Made by a program: the position numbers and the translations under genes. From Eledone cirrhosa (taxonomy: Eukaryota): a stretch of 64,000 nucleotides of DNA. The stretch lies in the NCBI GenBank assembly GCA_964016885.1, contig OZ024747.1, forward strand, positions 14,074,001 to 14,138,000. The letters run 5' to 3'. This document shows, one piece after another, positions 32,670-45,911 of the stretch. The number at the start of each line of letters is the position of its first letter. Position 1 is the stretch's first letter. The notes under the pieces are model-generated. The model saw nothing but the letters and a program-made list of their open reading frames with translations, searched no databases and was not told where the DNA came from.

Positions 32670-34393
32670 CACCGTGTAACAAAAATAAATTTTTTCTGTT
32701 CCTGGCTTGTAATCACTTTTTTGTGTTGCTGAGGTCCCAAATAAATAAAAAAAAGTGCTATTAAACAGTTAAAAGTTTGGGTTTGTAAAAATTCTAAGCT
32801 ATTCACTAGAATTATTTGTATGCTGGATTTTACGTTGTATGTAAGTTTAATTTGCTTATGTTAAATGATTTTTTTTATATATGTTTCAGGTTAAATTAAA
32901 ATAAAGAGTAATACCTAAAGAAAATTATAAAAGTGCAATAAAGTATAAAATTGTTAAAAAAGTGGATTAAAGAGATTTATTGATACTGGATTTTCGCACC
33001 CTGAATAAATGGTAAGTTGTGTTTTAAGCATTCGTCTCCAGGATGAAGCAGTGGAACTTGGTCAAGGAGGAAGTGCAGGTGACAAATCAGAGAAGTCGAC
33101 ACGAACCTTTCTCAGGCTTTTACACTCTTAGGGATGGCCTCTGCTTCTGCCGTGACTGCGTTATTGGGGTGCCGTTTGTGCCCAAGAAGTGGCGGCTATT
33201 TATAGACAGCTCCACAAGTTTGAAGGCTCTCCTCCTCCACAATGGAAACAAGTTCCCGACACTGCCCCTAGCTAATTCAGTCTGCCTGAAGGAAGATTAC
33301 TACAGTGTGAAAGTCCTCTTGGAAGCTCTGCAATACAACCAGTACAATTTGGAAATCATTGGAGACTTCAAGGCGGTGGCTTTCCTGCTTGGACTCCAAG
33401 GAGGCTTTATCAAATTCCAATTATTCCTTTGCTTTTGGGACAGCAGAGCCACCTCTGACCACTACAAAAGAAAGAACTGGGAGCAGCGAACAGAATTTGT
33501 AGTTGGGACCCAGAACGTCATGTGGGAGCCACTGGTCGATCCCAGGATTGTGCTCATGCCGCCACTGCACATTAAGTTAGGGTTGATGAAGCAGTTTGTG
33601 AAGGCTCTCAACCAAGAATCAGCCGCTTTTAAGTACCTTCTTGAGTTCTTCCCCAAGTTATCTGAAGCCAAATTCAAAGGTGGAATTTTTGTTGGACCTC
33701 AGATAAAGAAGGTGTTTGAGTCTACCGAGTTCTCCAATAAGCTCAATAGGATTGAGAGAACAGCATGGAACTGTTTCAAGGCAGTTGTTAAGGGCTTCCT
33801 GGACAACTACAGAGCTGAAAACTACCAGCAACTGGTGCAGGATCTGATAAAGGCTTTTGGCGCCATGGGATGCAGGATGTCGCTTAAACTCCATATGCTG
33901 GACGCTGACCTGGAAAAATTCAAGGACAATATGGGCGCCTACTCAGAAGAACAAGGCGAACGATTCTACCAAGATGTGAAAGAGATAGAGCGGAGGTACC
34001 AGGGCCACTACAATGAAAAAATGATGGGGGACTATATCTGGGGGCTAGTGCGGGAATGCGACCTGGACTACAACCGCAAATCAGGAAATCCAGTCATTTC
34101 TGACGTGTATAAGTTGCTTTATAAGTGTTATTTGTTTTTACTTGTTTGCTTTTGATAAGCTTGTGTAATAAAATAAATATATACTCTGTTGATTTAATTA
34201 TATGAACTGATAAATTTTAAAAAATGTGTTTTTTCTTGAAAAATATGAAAATTTTGAAATATCAAACTCCTGACCACAAACCCAAACTTCTGATTAAATA
34301 ATAGTGGTTTTTTTAAATTTTTTATAATAATGGGATATAACAATCCATGAAATGACACTTAGAACCGGGGAACAAAAAATATATTACATGGTG
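32670..34393 (+). mobile_element. Chapaev3-type (CMC group) DNA transposon, internally deleted
   Basis: 5'-CAC and GTG-3' termini, imperfect TIRs CACCGTGTAAC...TTTTTTCTGTTCC / CACCATGTAAT...TTTTTTGTTCC, and 3-bp TSD TTA at 32667-32669 and 34394-34396. Confidence 0.8.
33043..34155 (+). pseudogene. DDE transposase catalytic region of the Chapaev3-type element, N-terminally truncated
   Basis: 370-aa ORF with motifs WRLFIDSS.SLKA.LLHNGN, IIGDFK, LC.WDSRA, PPLHIKLGLMKQFVKAL and SEEQGERF.QD. It starts mid-protein (SRMKQWNL) and has no N-terminal Zn-finger region. Confidence 0.8.
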
Positions 34394-34419
34394 TTACCAA
34401 CAAATTAAATATCCCTTTG

Positions 34420-34461
<42 letters not shown>

Positions 34462-34720
34462 TTATATACCTACACACGAACTACTGACCAAATAATATTT
34501 GGTATCAATGGGTTAAAGACATCTGAGACAGCGAGCGAGAGAGAGAGAGAAAGAGAAAGAGAGAGGGGGGAATGAGGTGGAACAGAAATGAAACATTTAG
34601 AAGTTGATCTTAAGTAGGAGCAATAACATTAAGAAAGAAATGAACGACACCTCAACATTTTGTTTTGAAAATTTTGAAAGTTGGTTTATAAGTATGAAAT
34701 TTTACATGGTTTTCGTAGTT

Positions 34721-34794
34721 GTCTCTGTGGCCTAGCGGTAGGTACTAGCGACGGTGAAGATCCTGGACTTGGGTTCAATCCTGGTCAAGAGATA
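34721..34794 (+). other. tRNA-like sequence (pseudo-tRNA or SINE head) inside a ~130-bp inverted repeat
   Basis: A box TGGCCTAGCGG, B box GGTTCAATCC and partial acceptor pairing; the anticodon arm is poor. Partial inverted copy at ~35170-35300. Confidence 0.45.
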
Positions 34795-34849
34795 CATGTA
34801 ACCTTTTTCGGTTTTTATTTTACAACCCATAGAAAAACCCGAAAAGGTT

Positions 34850-35830
34850 TACACCACCACCACCACCACCACCTCCACCACCATCACCACCACCACCACT
34901 ACGACGACCACCACCACCACTACCACTACCACCACCACCACCACTACCACCACTACCACCACCACCACCACTACCACCACTACCACCACCACCATCACCA
35001 CCACCACCACCATCACCACCACCACCACTACCACCACCACCACCATCACCACCACCACCACTACCACCACCACCACCATCCCCACCACCACCACCACTAC
35101 CAACATAACCACCACCATCCCCACCACCACCACCACCACCACCACCCCTCTTTTATCTCTATACAACCAACTAGGATCACCACCGTCTATGATTCCTCCA
35201 ACTAGGCCACCGAGACAGCTACAAGAGTATAATGGAAATTGATAATTATAAACCTACTTTCAAAATCAAAGTTAAAAAGATGTGGTGTCGTTCATGGCTT
35301 TCCTAGAGCTATTAGTAATATTTAGGGTCGACTTCTGGTCATTATTGAAAGTCTCTGGATTTCACAAAATACATAATATTTCTTATTGGAGAAGGTAAGA
35401 TATTTTCCCGCAAAAATTTGATTGCACTGTTTTATTTCCATCTCCTGGCAACCAACATTTTTAGACCCAGTCCGTCACTGTGTGTACACATCTCTTACTA
35501 CACGTTGTAGGCTTTCACAACTACCATCATCAACATCACTACCATCACCACCATTACCATCACCACCACCACCACCACCATCACCACCATCACCACCACC
35601 ACCATCACCACCACCACCTCCACCACCATCACCACCACCATCATCACCACCACCACCACCACCACCACCACCGCCATCACCACCACCACTACCACCACCA
35701 CCACCACCTCCACCACCATCACCACCACTACGACGGCCACCACTACCACCACTACCACCACTACCACCACCACCACTACTACCACCACCACCACCACTAC
35801 CACCACCACCACCCCTCTTTTATCTCTATA
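34850..35830. repeat. Two related (CAC/CAT/TAC)n tracts, 34850-35162 and 35520-35830
   Basis: Both end in cccctcttttatctctata and share the internal variant actacgacg. Confidence 0.9.
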
Positions 35831-36010
35831 TATTATAACGCTTGTTTCTTCTGTCAGCCATTAAAGATACTTATCTCTATATCTTCTGCTTTTATCTCAG
35901 TACTCCAGCCTCACTACAACAAACGTCTGCTATACTATAACTCTGAATTACTGTAGAGCCAGGCCAGCAATACTATATAATGGTTTCTTATATAGGCACA
36001 AGGCCAGCAA

Positions 36011-36041
<31 letters not shown>

Positions 36042-36174
36042 GTCGATTAAATCGACCCCAGTGCGTGACTGGTACTTTGTTTTATCGACCCCATAAGGAT
36101 GAAAGGCAAAGTTAACCTCGGCGGGATTTGAACTCAGCAATACTATATAGGTTCTTGTCTCTTTTATAGTTGGC

Positions 36175-36352
36175 AGTCTTACTGTTGTTGTTACTGTTGT
36201 TGTTACTGTTGTTGTTGTTACTGTTGTTGTTGTTGTTACTGTTGTTGTTACTGTTGTTGTTGTTACTGTTGTTGTTACTGTTGTTGTTGTTACTGTTGTT
36301 GTTGTTACTGTTGTTGTTGTTACTGTTGTTGCTGTTACTATTGTTGTTATTG
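36175..36352. repeat. (GTT)n/(ACTGTT) compound microsatellite
   Basis: Directly visible. Confidence 0.95.
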
Positions 36353-36779
36353 TTTCTTTTCCTATATCTGTTCACATAACTTGGTTTTCAATTCTAGTTT
36401 CTCTAAATTCTTTTCTTATTCTTTTCAGGTAATTCTTTGTTTGTTTGTTTGTTTGTTTGTTTGCTTCTTTCTTTCTTTCTTTCTTTATTTATTTCTCTTT
36501 ATCACTCTCTCTTTCTCATCAAACTTTCTCTCTCTCTTTCACACATACACTTTCTCTCTATCTATTTGTGTATATTTCTTTGTCTGTCTGTCTGTCTGTC
36601 TGTCTTTCTCTCTGCATGTCTGTCTGTCTGTATGTCTGTTTTTCCTGCCTCTCCTTCTCTCACCCTCGCTTTTCTTTTCTCCTCTTTTTGATCTAGATTT
36701 AACAATCTAAAACAACCACAGACAAACGAAACAAAACGTACCAAAAACGTAACAAAACTACACGAAAGAAAGACGTTTC

Positions 36780-37280
36780 TGGTTTCTTTCTCGCCGCCAT
36801 TTCTTTTAAAACAAACCCTTCACTAGTCTCTTGTTCGATTATTATGTAGCCTTTTTTTAAAGCTACCACTTTGCAATCTCCTTAGCGAGGCCCTTGTCAG
36901 CCTTTTCTGCTGTTTCATACATTCTCAAAATAGCTTTTCCTTTTCGGTTTCGTTTGCTTTATTGTTGCATTTATAAGAGAGAAATATTGAAAGTTTATGC
37001 AAATGTTTTTCATAGCGTTTTCTCAGCACAACTCCTCCTTCGTCGCGCTTCATTGATTTCGAGCGATATCTCCCTTTGCTAAAGCCAGGAGAAGCACATA
37101 ACACTTTGAAAGCTAAATTTCACTGTTTGCATGAATGTTTCTCCTTACCACCAAAAAACCCAACGCTGTGAAGTTGTCAACACGAAGGCATTTTTCTATC
37201 ATCGTCAATTCAGCTTAAAACAAGCGTGCAATTTGGATGGGAGAAATTGGTGACAAATAAGAAAAGATGTCGGCGTGAAC
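36780..37280 (-). promoter_or_regulatory. Possible promoter/TSS region with YY1-like AATGGCGGCG
   Basis: cgccgccatt at ~36792 in unique sequence with locally more CpG. No downstream gene identified. Confidence 0.3.
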
Positions 37281-37486
37281 ATTGGAAGAAATTCACACAG
37301 AGTTTATTCTAATTGTTTAGTGAGTAGAAATACAGAGAAAGAATTTGGAAGAAAAGCCAACAAAGGTAAAAACAAAGTAAATACAGAGTGGGGGTGGAGG
37401 GTGGGGGATGTAAAGGGGGAATGGAAGGAAGGAAGACGACAACGAATACACAACAAATATGTGGATTGGAGAGTGGTGAAGTAAAT

Positions 37487-37549
<63 letters not shown>

Positions 37550-37623
37550 AAGAAGGAGAGAGAGAGAGAGGGGAGGGAGAGAGAGAGAGAGGGAGAGAGC
37601 GAGAGAGAGAATAAAAATATGGG

Positions 37624-37661
<38 letters not shown>

Positions 37662-37683
37662 CTATGTATGTATATATATATAT

Positions 37684-37883
37684 ATATATTTAATATAGAA
37701 ATGGCTTCTACAGGACTAGAACTGTTTCATTCCGAAGAAATCATCAAGGCTTCCCTGATGATTTCTTCGGAATGAAACAGTTCTAGTCCTGTAGAAGCCA
37801 TTTCTATATTAAATATTTATGCTCTACTATGTATTGAGTACCTTACTTACTGTGGTTACCCCCGATTGAACCCGGGATAAACT

Positions 37884-37885
<2 letters not shown>
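37684..37885 (+). mobile_element. Family C fold-back element with hammerhead core
   Basis: ~60-bp perfect inverted arms. CTGATGA(37755) tttc TTCG gaat GAAAC agttcta GTC, then a tail with gctc-tac-tat-gta-tt-gagt. Flanked by (TA)n. Confidence 0.7.
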
Positions 37886-37937
<52 letters not shown>

Positions 37938-38141
37938 TATAGTAATAATAATAAATTTCAAGACTAAAATCCAAAGAGGGCTCGATAAGGATAAATATAT
38001 ATCAAATATATAAGAACCGTAGAGCAAATATTTATTAAAATAAAAGATTAAAGTTTAAGCAAAGGATCGCTGCTTTCACTCTTAACGGGATTATCAGGTG
38101 GAAGCAGCGATTCTTTGCTTAAACTTTAATCTGTTATTTTA

Positions 38142-38206
<65 letters not shown>

Positions 38207-38210
<4 letters not shown>

Positions 38211-38322
38211 TTGAAATAAAATGAAAACGAAATTTAATTTCTCACTCTTAGTACGGCACTTACTTAAATGTAAGTATGTGTGTATACGTACATACATATA
38301 TGTATACAGACGTACAGTAGCA

Positions 38323-38418
<96 letters not shown>

Positions 38419-38730
38419 CAGGTACACATACATATATGCACGCACGTATCGATATGCAAATTAGGCTGCTCAGCCGTTAATTTTCATAAGGAAAGTATAT
38501 ACTTTCGAACGTTCAACTATCTGGCAGATGGGTATACGGTGCTGATGATAGCTAACAAGCTTGAAACTAGTACATCGTTCCTGTGTCAGTGTTGAACAAA
38601 AAGGTGACGTGGTTGCCTTAACACCGTACGGCATAAAAATTCAGGCTGTTCAGTTTGTTTACAAACGAACAAAGCGGCGTTATAATAAGCGTCCGCTAAA
38701 CTGATACGTGCATATATGTATGTGTACCTG

Positions 38731-38786
<56 letters not shown>

Positions 38787-38835
38787 TGCTACTGTACGTC
38801 TGTATACATATATGTATGTACGTATACACACATAC
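38207..38835 (+). mobile_element. Family G hammerhead element with inverted 3' arms
   Basis: Arms ~38273-38450 and ~38703-38835 are reverse complements, each containing a (TA)n tract. A central hammerhead lies between them. Homologous to 46645-47325. Confidence 0.75.
38536..38578 (+). ncRNA. Minimal type I hammerhead ribozyme (family G)
   Basis: acggtg CTGATGA t-agct-aaca-agct-t GAAA ctag TA catcgt: 6-bp stem I, 4-bp stem II and palindromic ACTAGT stem III. Confidence 0.85.
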
Positions 38836-39067
38836 ATATATATATATATATTGGTAAACGGAAAAGAAAATGCTGACAAATTGTTCACAGTGAAAAATAG
38901 TTTAATTAGGAATAAGTGAAAATTAGTAATAGTATTGGTTAGTATTCAGTTTTGGTATTAAGTTTTACTGGTTACGCATTTCTAATGCTTTTCAAAAATA
39001 ATTTTGAGATAGAGCGCCCGTGATGTTTGCTCTATATATATATATATATACACATATATATATATAT

Positions 39068-39150
<83 letters not shown>

Positions 39151-39171
39151 TTCATATATGTGTACATATAT

Positions 39172-39219
<48 letters not shown>

Positions 39220-39581
39220 TAATAATAATAAATGTGAAGACTAAAATCCAAAGAGGGTTCGATAAGGAGAAATATATATGAGTTTCAGAAGATCCCGTTA
39301 AGGGTGAAAGCAGCGATTCTTTGCTTAAACTTTAATCTGTTATTTTAATATATATATATATATAAATATATAAAGAGGATATGATCTGAAATCAATAGAC
39401 GCGTCCGAGGAACCTGCGAGACTAGAGTCAGGTAGATCCACACATGGATCGGACCTCGAGCTGTTCGCCAGGGAAACAATTGTAACACACATTAAATTGT
39501 GTTCCGATGCATCACTGATTTTTCGTTTTCCATTCTATATATATATAGAATGGAAAACGTATTAAATGGAAATTGTATTAA

Positions 39582-40090
39582 ATATTTACTCTTGATTGGC
39601 CAGAGGTGTTTATTTCCAGGTACCTTATGAATTTGACTTTCCGTATTTATTACTGTTGTGAAATATTGTGGCTTTTTTTGGTTGTAACTTCTCTGTTTTT
39701 TAGCCTAAGAAAAAAAAAATATATATGCCTACGTATATAATTACATGCATATATGTATTTATTTTCTTTTATTAATTGAGTTCTTTACACGAGGAATTGA
39801 TATTGGTTTTGAAATAACTAATTAACCCGCGTGTGTTTTATATTTTACTCTTAATTCGGCCGGAGAATTATATTCCCATTTGCTCTTTATAACATAACTT
39901 TCTGCATTTACTGCGGTTATGAGAAGCGGTTCTTATTCGGGTACAACTTCTGATTTAGCCTAAGAAAATATCTATATGCGTGTGTAATTTATACAAGCAT
40001 ATATTTATTTTTTTATTTTCAATTGAGTTCTTAAACACGTCGGATTGATAATGTTTTCAAAAAAACTATTTAACCCGCGTGTATATTATT
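39582..40090. repeat. Diverged tandem dimer, unit ~255 bp
   Basis: Blocks tttactctt, tttagcctaagaaaa, aattgagttctt and ttaacccgcgtgt each occur twice in the same order. Confidence 0.75.
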
Positions 40091-40099
40091 TTTTTTCCT

Positions 40100-40240
40100 C
40101 ATTTCGTGGGTTGTCTCCCCTTCCCGCTTCGTGTCGCTATGATACTTCCTCAGTCAAAAACTGCTGGAATTTCAAATTTGGCGGTCATTCGAGGTGAGAG
40201 AGAGCTACTGTACGGACATGATTTTTGACAGCGGTAAGAA
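40100..40240 (+). promoter_or_regulatory. Possible promoter or first exon (TTCAAA next to TTTGGCGG; donor-like CG|GTAAGA)
   Basis: CHR-like and E2F-like motifs adjacent at ~40171-40184 in a CpG-containing unique patch. Motif match only. Confidence 0.3.
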
Positions 40241-40580
40241 ATTTGTTTGCTTATATCAATGTTTAATGGGCTTCCACTGACGATTTATAAGTGCCCACCT
40301 AAATATATTCTTACATGAATATATATTAGGCTTCTACATAAACTGGAAACATTCTCCCAAACTTGTAGAAAACTTATAATGAAACAATTGTTTGGAAAGA
40401 GAGATATACTTTAACTTTAATTATATCTCATAAAATAATACAACTGGTTTTTCCACATTATACATATTGTTAGCACCCCCAAACACTTAAATTGGGTTTA
40501 TATTTTAATATAACCTAATGTTTGTTGAGTGAGATGGTTACCAGTCAGAGTTTAGCTTTAAACTATCTCTGTTATTGTAT

Positions 40581-40644
<64 letters not shown>

Positions 40645-41082
40645 AAAACGTTTAACCCGGCGGCAGAGCTCAAGCCGTTTCGACGGCTATCCGCCGTCGG
40701 GGTTAAACTTTTTCCTATTACCCACTCTACTACCCTAAGTATTGAGTACTTTGGTGCCTTATGGTCCATCTGGTTCCTTACCACAACTCCTTCGTTATAT
40801 ATATATATAAATGAAAGGTATAGAAAACATTGTAGCAAGAAGCCAACAGTATTCCATAATATATAAGTGACTATAGCGTCAAAATGGGAATAATAGTTAA
40901 CGTAAGATGTGGGAAAAATAATTCAAACTCATCTCAAAGAGAATCAGGATATAGATTCATCCACAGAATTTAGTGAAATCCAGGGAAAAATCAATAGAGC
41001 CTTAACTCATGATAAAATAAAGTTTAAAATACTCATCCTTCAATTTGGAACAACTTCAAATGCTCTGTATAGTCTTAAAGAC

Positions 41083-41146
<64 letters not shown>

Positions 41147-42351
41147 GAAGAGGAGGAGTAATAAATAAGAGGAGGAAGAAAGAAATGAAAGATGTGAGAA
41201 AAAGAGACGTTGGTGATGGAAGTGGCGGTCAATACCTGTAAATATGTAAATAAACGAGTAAGGCTGGTTTGGGAGTTGAAAGTAGTAAAGGTGTTTAGGA
41301 AGCAAAACCAACCTGGCTAATAAAACCAAGAAGACCTCTTTTTACCTCAGATCTTAGCTTTAATATCATGTATGGTAGGTAGCAGATATAAGAAATTTCA
41401 CCACCGGGGATAGAACTCACTTAGAATCTACCAGAACAGGATACCAAAGATAACATTAAAGAGCAAAGTATTAGGTCGTTAAGTATGACATTTGTAGAAA
41501 TTTCTTGAAAAAAGACAAATTTCTACAAATTTCATACCTGATGACCCAATATATATAATGTGATAGTGTTGTAAACAGAAGAGTTAAAAGAGAGACAGGG
41601 TTTGATTAGCCATTCAGCAAAATAAGGACATCCTTAGGATATCACGGGATGAGGATAACCATTTTATTCAAATTAAATGTATTTGTCATTAAAAAAGCAT
41701 TTTTCTTCTTTTTTTTTTGCAGACTTTACATATGGGGTGCGGGAATGCACCATTATGGTGTTTGACTGGAACTTTATTTTATAAACCCCGGAAGAGTTTC
41801 TAATTCAAGCAAAAGGCCAGCAATTTATGGGGAGGGGGGGGGGAGTCGATTATATTTACTCTAGTACTTAACTGGAACTTTATTTTATTAACCCTTGGAG
41901 GATGAAAAAACAAAGCTGACTTTAGGACATTGGACATCCTAAATAAATGTCTTTTATCTGGTGCTCTACCGATTGCTGTCCAATGACTATCAATATCTAT
42001 CGTTTGTTATTTTGATAGTTGTTTGGAAAAGAGAAAATTTGAATTCATATTAAATTATGTATTTATCATTAAATACAGCTTTTAATGAGAGAAACATTAA
42101 CAGGAATAGAAAAAGAAGGCGAGAAAGCCAAGTTATAGAGAGGAATGGGTAAGAATGTGAGGATGGGAGAGCATAGAAATAATGGGAGACAACTCTATAC
42201 GGGTGAAAGGACAGAACAGAATTAAACGACAATTTGAAAACCCTCTTAATAAACAAGGCAAGCAGGAACGGTTTGGTTTGTTTGATAAGCATGGCTGAAC
42301 TTCTCACACTTCACTCTACTTTACTTTATAGTCTACCCTGTCCTTCCCCCA

Positions 42352-42434
<83 letters not shown>

Positions 42435-44636
42435 CTCCCTGTCTCTCTCTTTGTTTGCCTGTCCATCTCACTATTTCTCTCTTCATTCTATTACAAACAC
42501 TGTTTCGCATTCAGTTTTAGCTCGAATGCCCGATTTGAGGAATAAATGTCGTATTAGTGATACAACTAAGTGTGAAGAGCGACAATAGTTGTGACAAATG
42601 CTGACGGCAAGACCTTGGCTATGATGACTCTAAGTGGTTGAAACTTCTCTATTTCCATAAATTCATGTAACAATCACTTAATGCAATTGTCGGTTTGATA
42701 GTGTATGTGCTCTTGTACTATTAACACTTCTTCATTTGTTTCCCTTTTGTTTTATTTTGTTTTTATTATCACTAATTTCTTCTCGATTAGGGCGGTGGAT
42801 TGTTAGTGTCGGTAGAGCGTCGGATAATATGCTTTTCAGCAAAGAGTTATGCATAGAGTTATGGCCCTTTACGCTCTGAGTTTCATTATTTAAGAAATAC
42901 GAGGGCGGTGGATTGGCAGTTATCGGTAGAGGGTCGGACGCCACGCTTTGCAGCATAGAGTTACGGCCCTTTACGCCCTGAGTTCAATTCCCACCGAGGT
43001 TAGCTTTGCCTTTCATCCTTATGGTGTCAACAAAATAAAGTACCAATAATACACTGGGTTCGATTTCATCGACTTCCTTCTCCCCCAAAATTGTTGGCCT
43101 TGTGCCTAAACCATTATTTTCTTCTCGATTAATGCGATGGATTGGCAGGATCATTAGAGCGCCGGACTAAATAATTTGTGATACTTATTTCGGCAGTTAA
43201 TGTTCTGGTTTCAAATTGACCTTCAGGAGAAGCAGCGACCCCTGATTGTATTCAGCAACCGAAACAAAATACACCAAATCCAATGCTCATAGGGGCGGCC
43301 CTGGTTCTTCTTATTTGCGAGTGTAAACTCGGCCAGATTAGATTAGATTCAAATCCCACCGAGGTCAACTTTGTCTTTCATTCTTCTGGGATTGATAAAA
43401 TAAAGTATTAGTCAAGTACTGAGGTCGTTGTAATAGATTTGTAATACCCTAACCCCGAAATTGTTGACCATGTGCTTAAGCGAGAAAAATAAAATAGTTT
43501 CTTCTTCGTACTTTCAGATCTTTCAATCTTTGTGGTCCGATTTTTTAGGCATGAAACTATCGGATGAAATGACTCTGAAATTGAATATATTTGATGGCAT
43601 GATAATGTATTTCATTTTAATTTGACTTATCATAATTAACGCATAATACACTCTTTATTGCTATGTATATAAATTTAATAATTTTGAAATCTCTTTTACT
43701 GTTTTATTGGTTTCAGATATTCGACTGCGGACATAATGAGGCACTGCTTTATACCAATTATATCAATCATATTGATCCCAATATTTATCATTTTAAGATT
43801 GATACTTATTTTATTAATCTCCTTTTGTCGAACTGTTGGGTTATAAACACATTATAAGATATATACGCATTATATGATTTTTTTTTTGCTGCTGAAATGC
43901 AACTTAATTTCATGAATACACTCAAATGAGTATAAACTAAACGACATATGAGAAGAAAAACAGTCAAAAGAAAGAAAAACAGTCAAAAGAAAGAAAAACA
44001 GAGAAAGAAAAAGAAGGGTAGGGAACTGTTCATATGGAGCCGGATACCATATATTAAATGTGGCCCGCAGACAAGATGGAGAACAGCTAGGGAGACCTGC
44101 TTCATCGGCCATTTCTCCTCACATTGTTGCTTCTTCAGTCATGATGTCATCATTCCGATTTTGTAGAGGAAAACGACAGTTCGAGTATACCGGATGTCTT
44201 TACAATTTACGAATTTTTCAATTTATAGTATTTAGTTTTATCTTATTTCTCATCAACGATACACCGAAAAATTGTTAGACGAAACGATAGTAAACGAAAC
44301 GATGGTAAGTATATATGCGTGTATTGACGTGTGTACTAATGTTTGTATATGAAAGTTTGTGTTTGAATCTATATGCACTCCCTGAGGACACAGCTTAGCT
44401 GAATGGTTAAGGAGTTCACTTTACAATTATTATTATGACACCCCATAGCGTGAAATCCCGGGCAAGCGCTATTTATCATATGCTGAGGTTGAGATCCATT
44501 CTATGCACACTCCATAAAGCATTATGTACTCAGTACAGATGCCGAAATATGTTTGGCTATAATTAATTTGTAAGAATTACAATAACAAATATCTCTAGCC
44601 ATTGCAAACGGGTATAGTGAATCATTATATTGATAG

Positions 44637-44750
44637 GTCTGAGTTCAAATCCCGCCGAGGTTGACTTTGCCTTTCATCCTTACGGGGTCGATAAAATAAA
44701 GTACCAGTAATGCACTGGAAATTGCTGGCCTTGTGCCTAAAGTAGAAACA
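44637..44750 (+). mobile_element. 5'-truncated tRNA SINE with 13-bp TSD
   Basis: TSD attatattgatag at 44624-44636 and 44751-44763. The empty site is visible in the inverted copy at 45775-45916. Confidence 0.85.
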
Positions 44751-44787
44751 ATTATATTGATAGATATTTTCTAATGCTTCAGTTTAA

Positions 44788-44883
<96 letters not shown>

Positions 44884-44894
44884 TATGTATATAT

Positions 44895-45325
44895 ATAATA
44901 TAAGATCAAAAGATGGTTAAAGGAGTTCCATGTATTTTATTATGCGCATTTCAAAAACAAACATCATCATGCAATAATATTTGTGTTTTCATCAGATAAA
45001 ACAGGAGAACATGATATGAAGGCTAAAAAACACTTGTGGATAGTGCAGTTTTAAATCAACATATACATGATATGTTGATTTAAAACTGCACTATCCACAA
45101 GTGTTTTTTAGACTTCATATCATGTTCTCCTGTTTTATCTGATGAAAACACAAATATTATTGCATGATGATGTTTGTTTTTGAAATGCGCATAATAAAAT
45201 ACATGGAACTCCTTTAACCATCTTTTGATCTTATATTATGTATACTCCAGTCCTACAAACTGTAGAGTGCTTCTTATCCGATATCTGCATTGCTTTATTG
45301 TACTACAATAAAACTCACCTCCTAC
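44895..45325 (+). mobile_element. Family B fold-back element: ~345-bp palindrome with a hammerhead on each strand, plus tail
   Basis: Arms 44895-45063 and 45071-45239 are near-perfect inverted repeats, flanked by (TA)n. Confidence 0.85.
45133..45199 (+). ncRNA. Type I hammerhead ribozyme (family B); mirror copy at 44935-45001 (-)
   Basis: ttttat CTGATGA [~15-bp stem II aaacacaaatattat/atgatgtttgttttt] GAAA tgcgca TA ataaaa. Confidence 0.85.
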
Positions 45326-45391
45326 ATTATATTTATATATATATATGTAATATATGTACATATATATATATATATATATATATGTAATATA

Positions 45392-45431
<40 letters not shown>

Positions 45432-45445
45432 AAACTGAAGCATTA

Positions 45446-45666
<221 letters not shown>

Positions 45667-45911
45667 CATACATACATATACTTGTATATGTATGTATGTA
45701 TGTATTTGTGTCTGTTTGTATGTGTTTTCTATTAATAAATGTTTCAGCGATTCGTCATAAGAACCAAAGTGCAACTTTAAACTGAAGCATTAGAAAATAC
45801 CTATCAATATAATCATTCACTATACCCGTTTGCAAAGGCTAGAGATATTCGTTATTGTAATTCTTACAAATTAATTATAGCTAAACATATTTCGGCATCT
45901 GTACTTAGTAC

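Noticed and set aside
34681-35956. Poly-His, poly-Pro and poly-Val ORFs
   Set aside because: Translations of (CAC)n tracts, with no splice context or domain.
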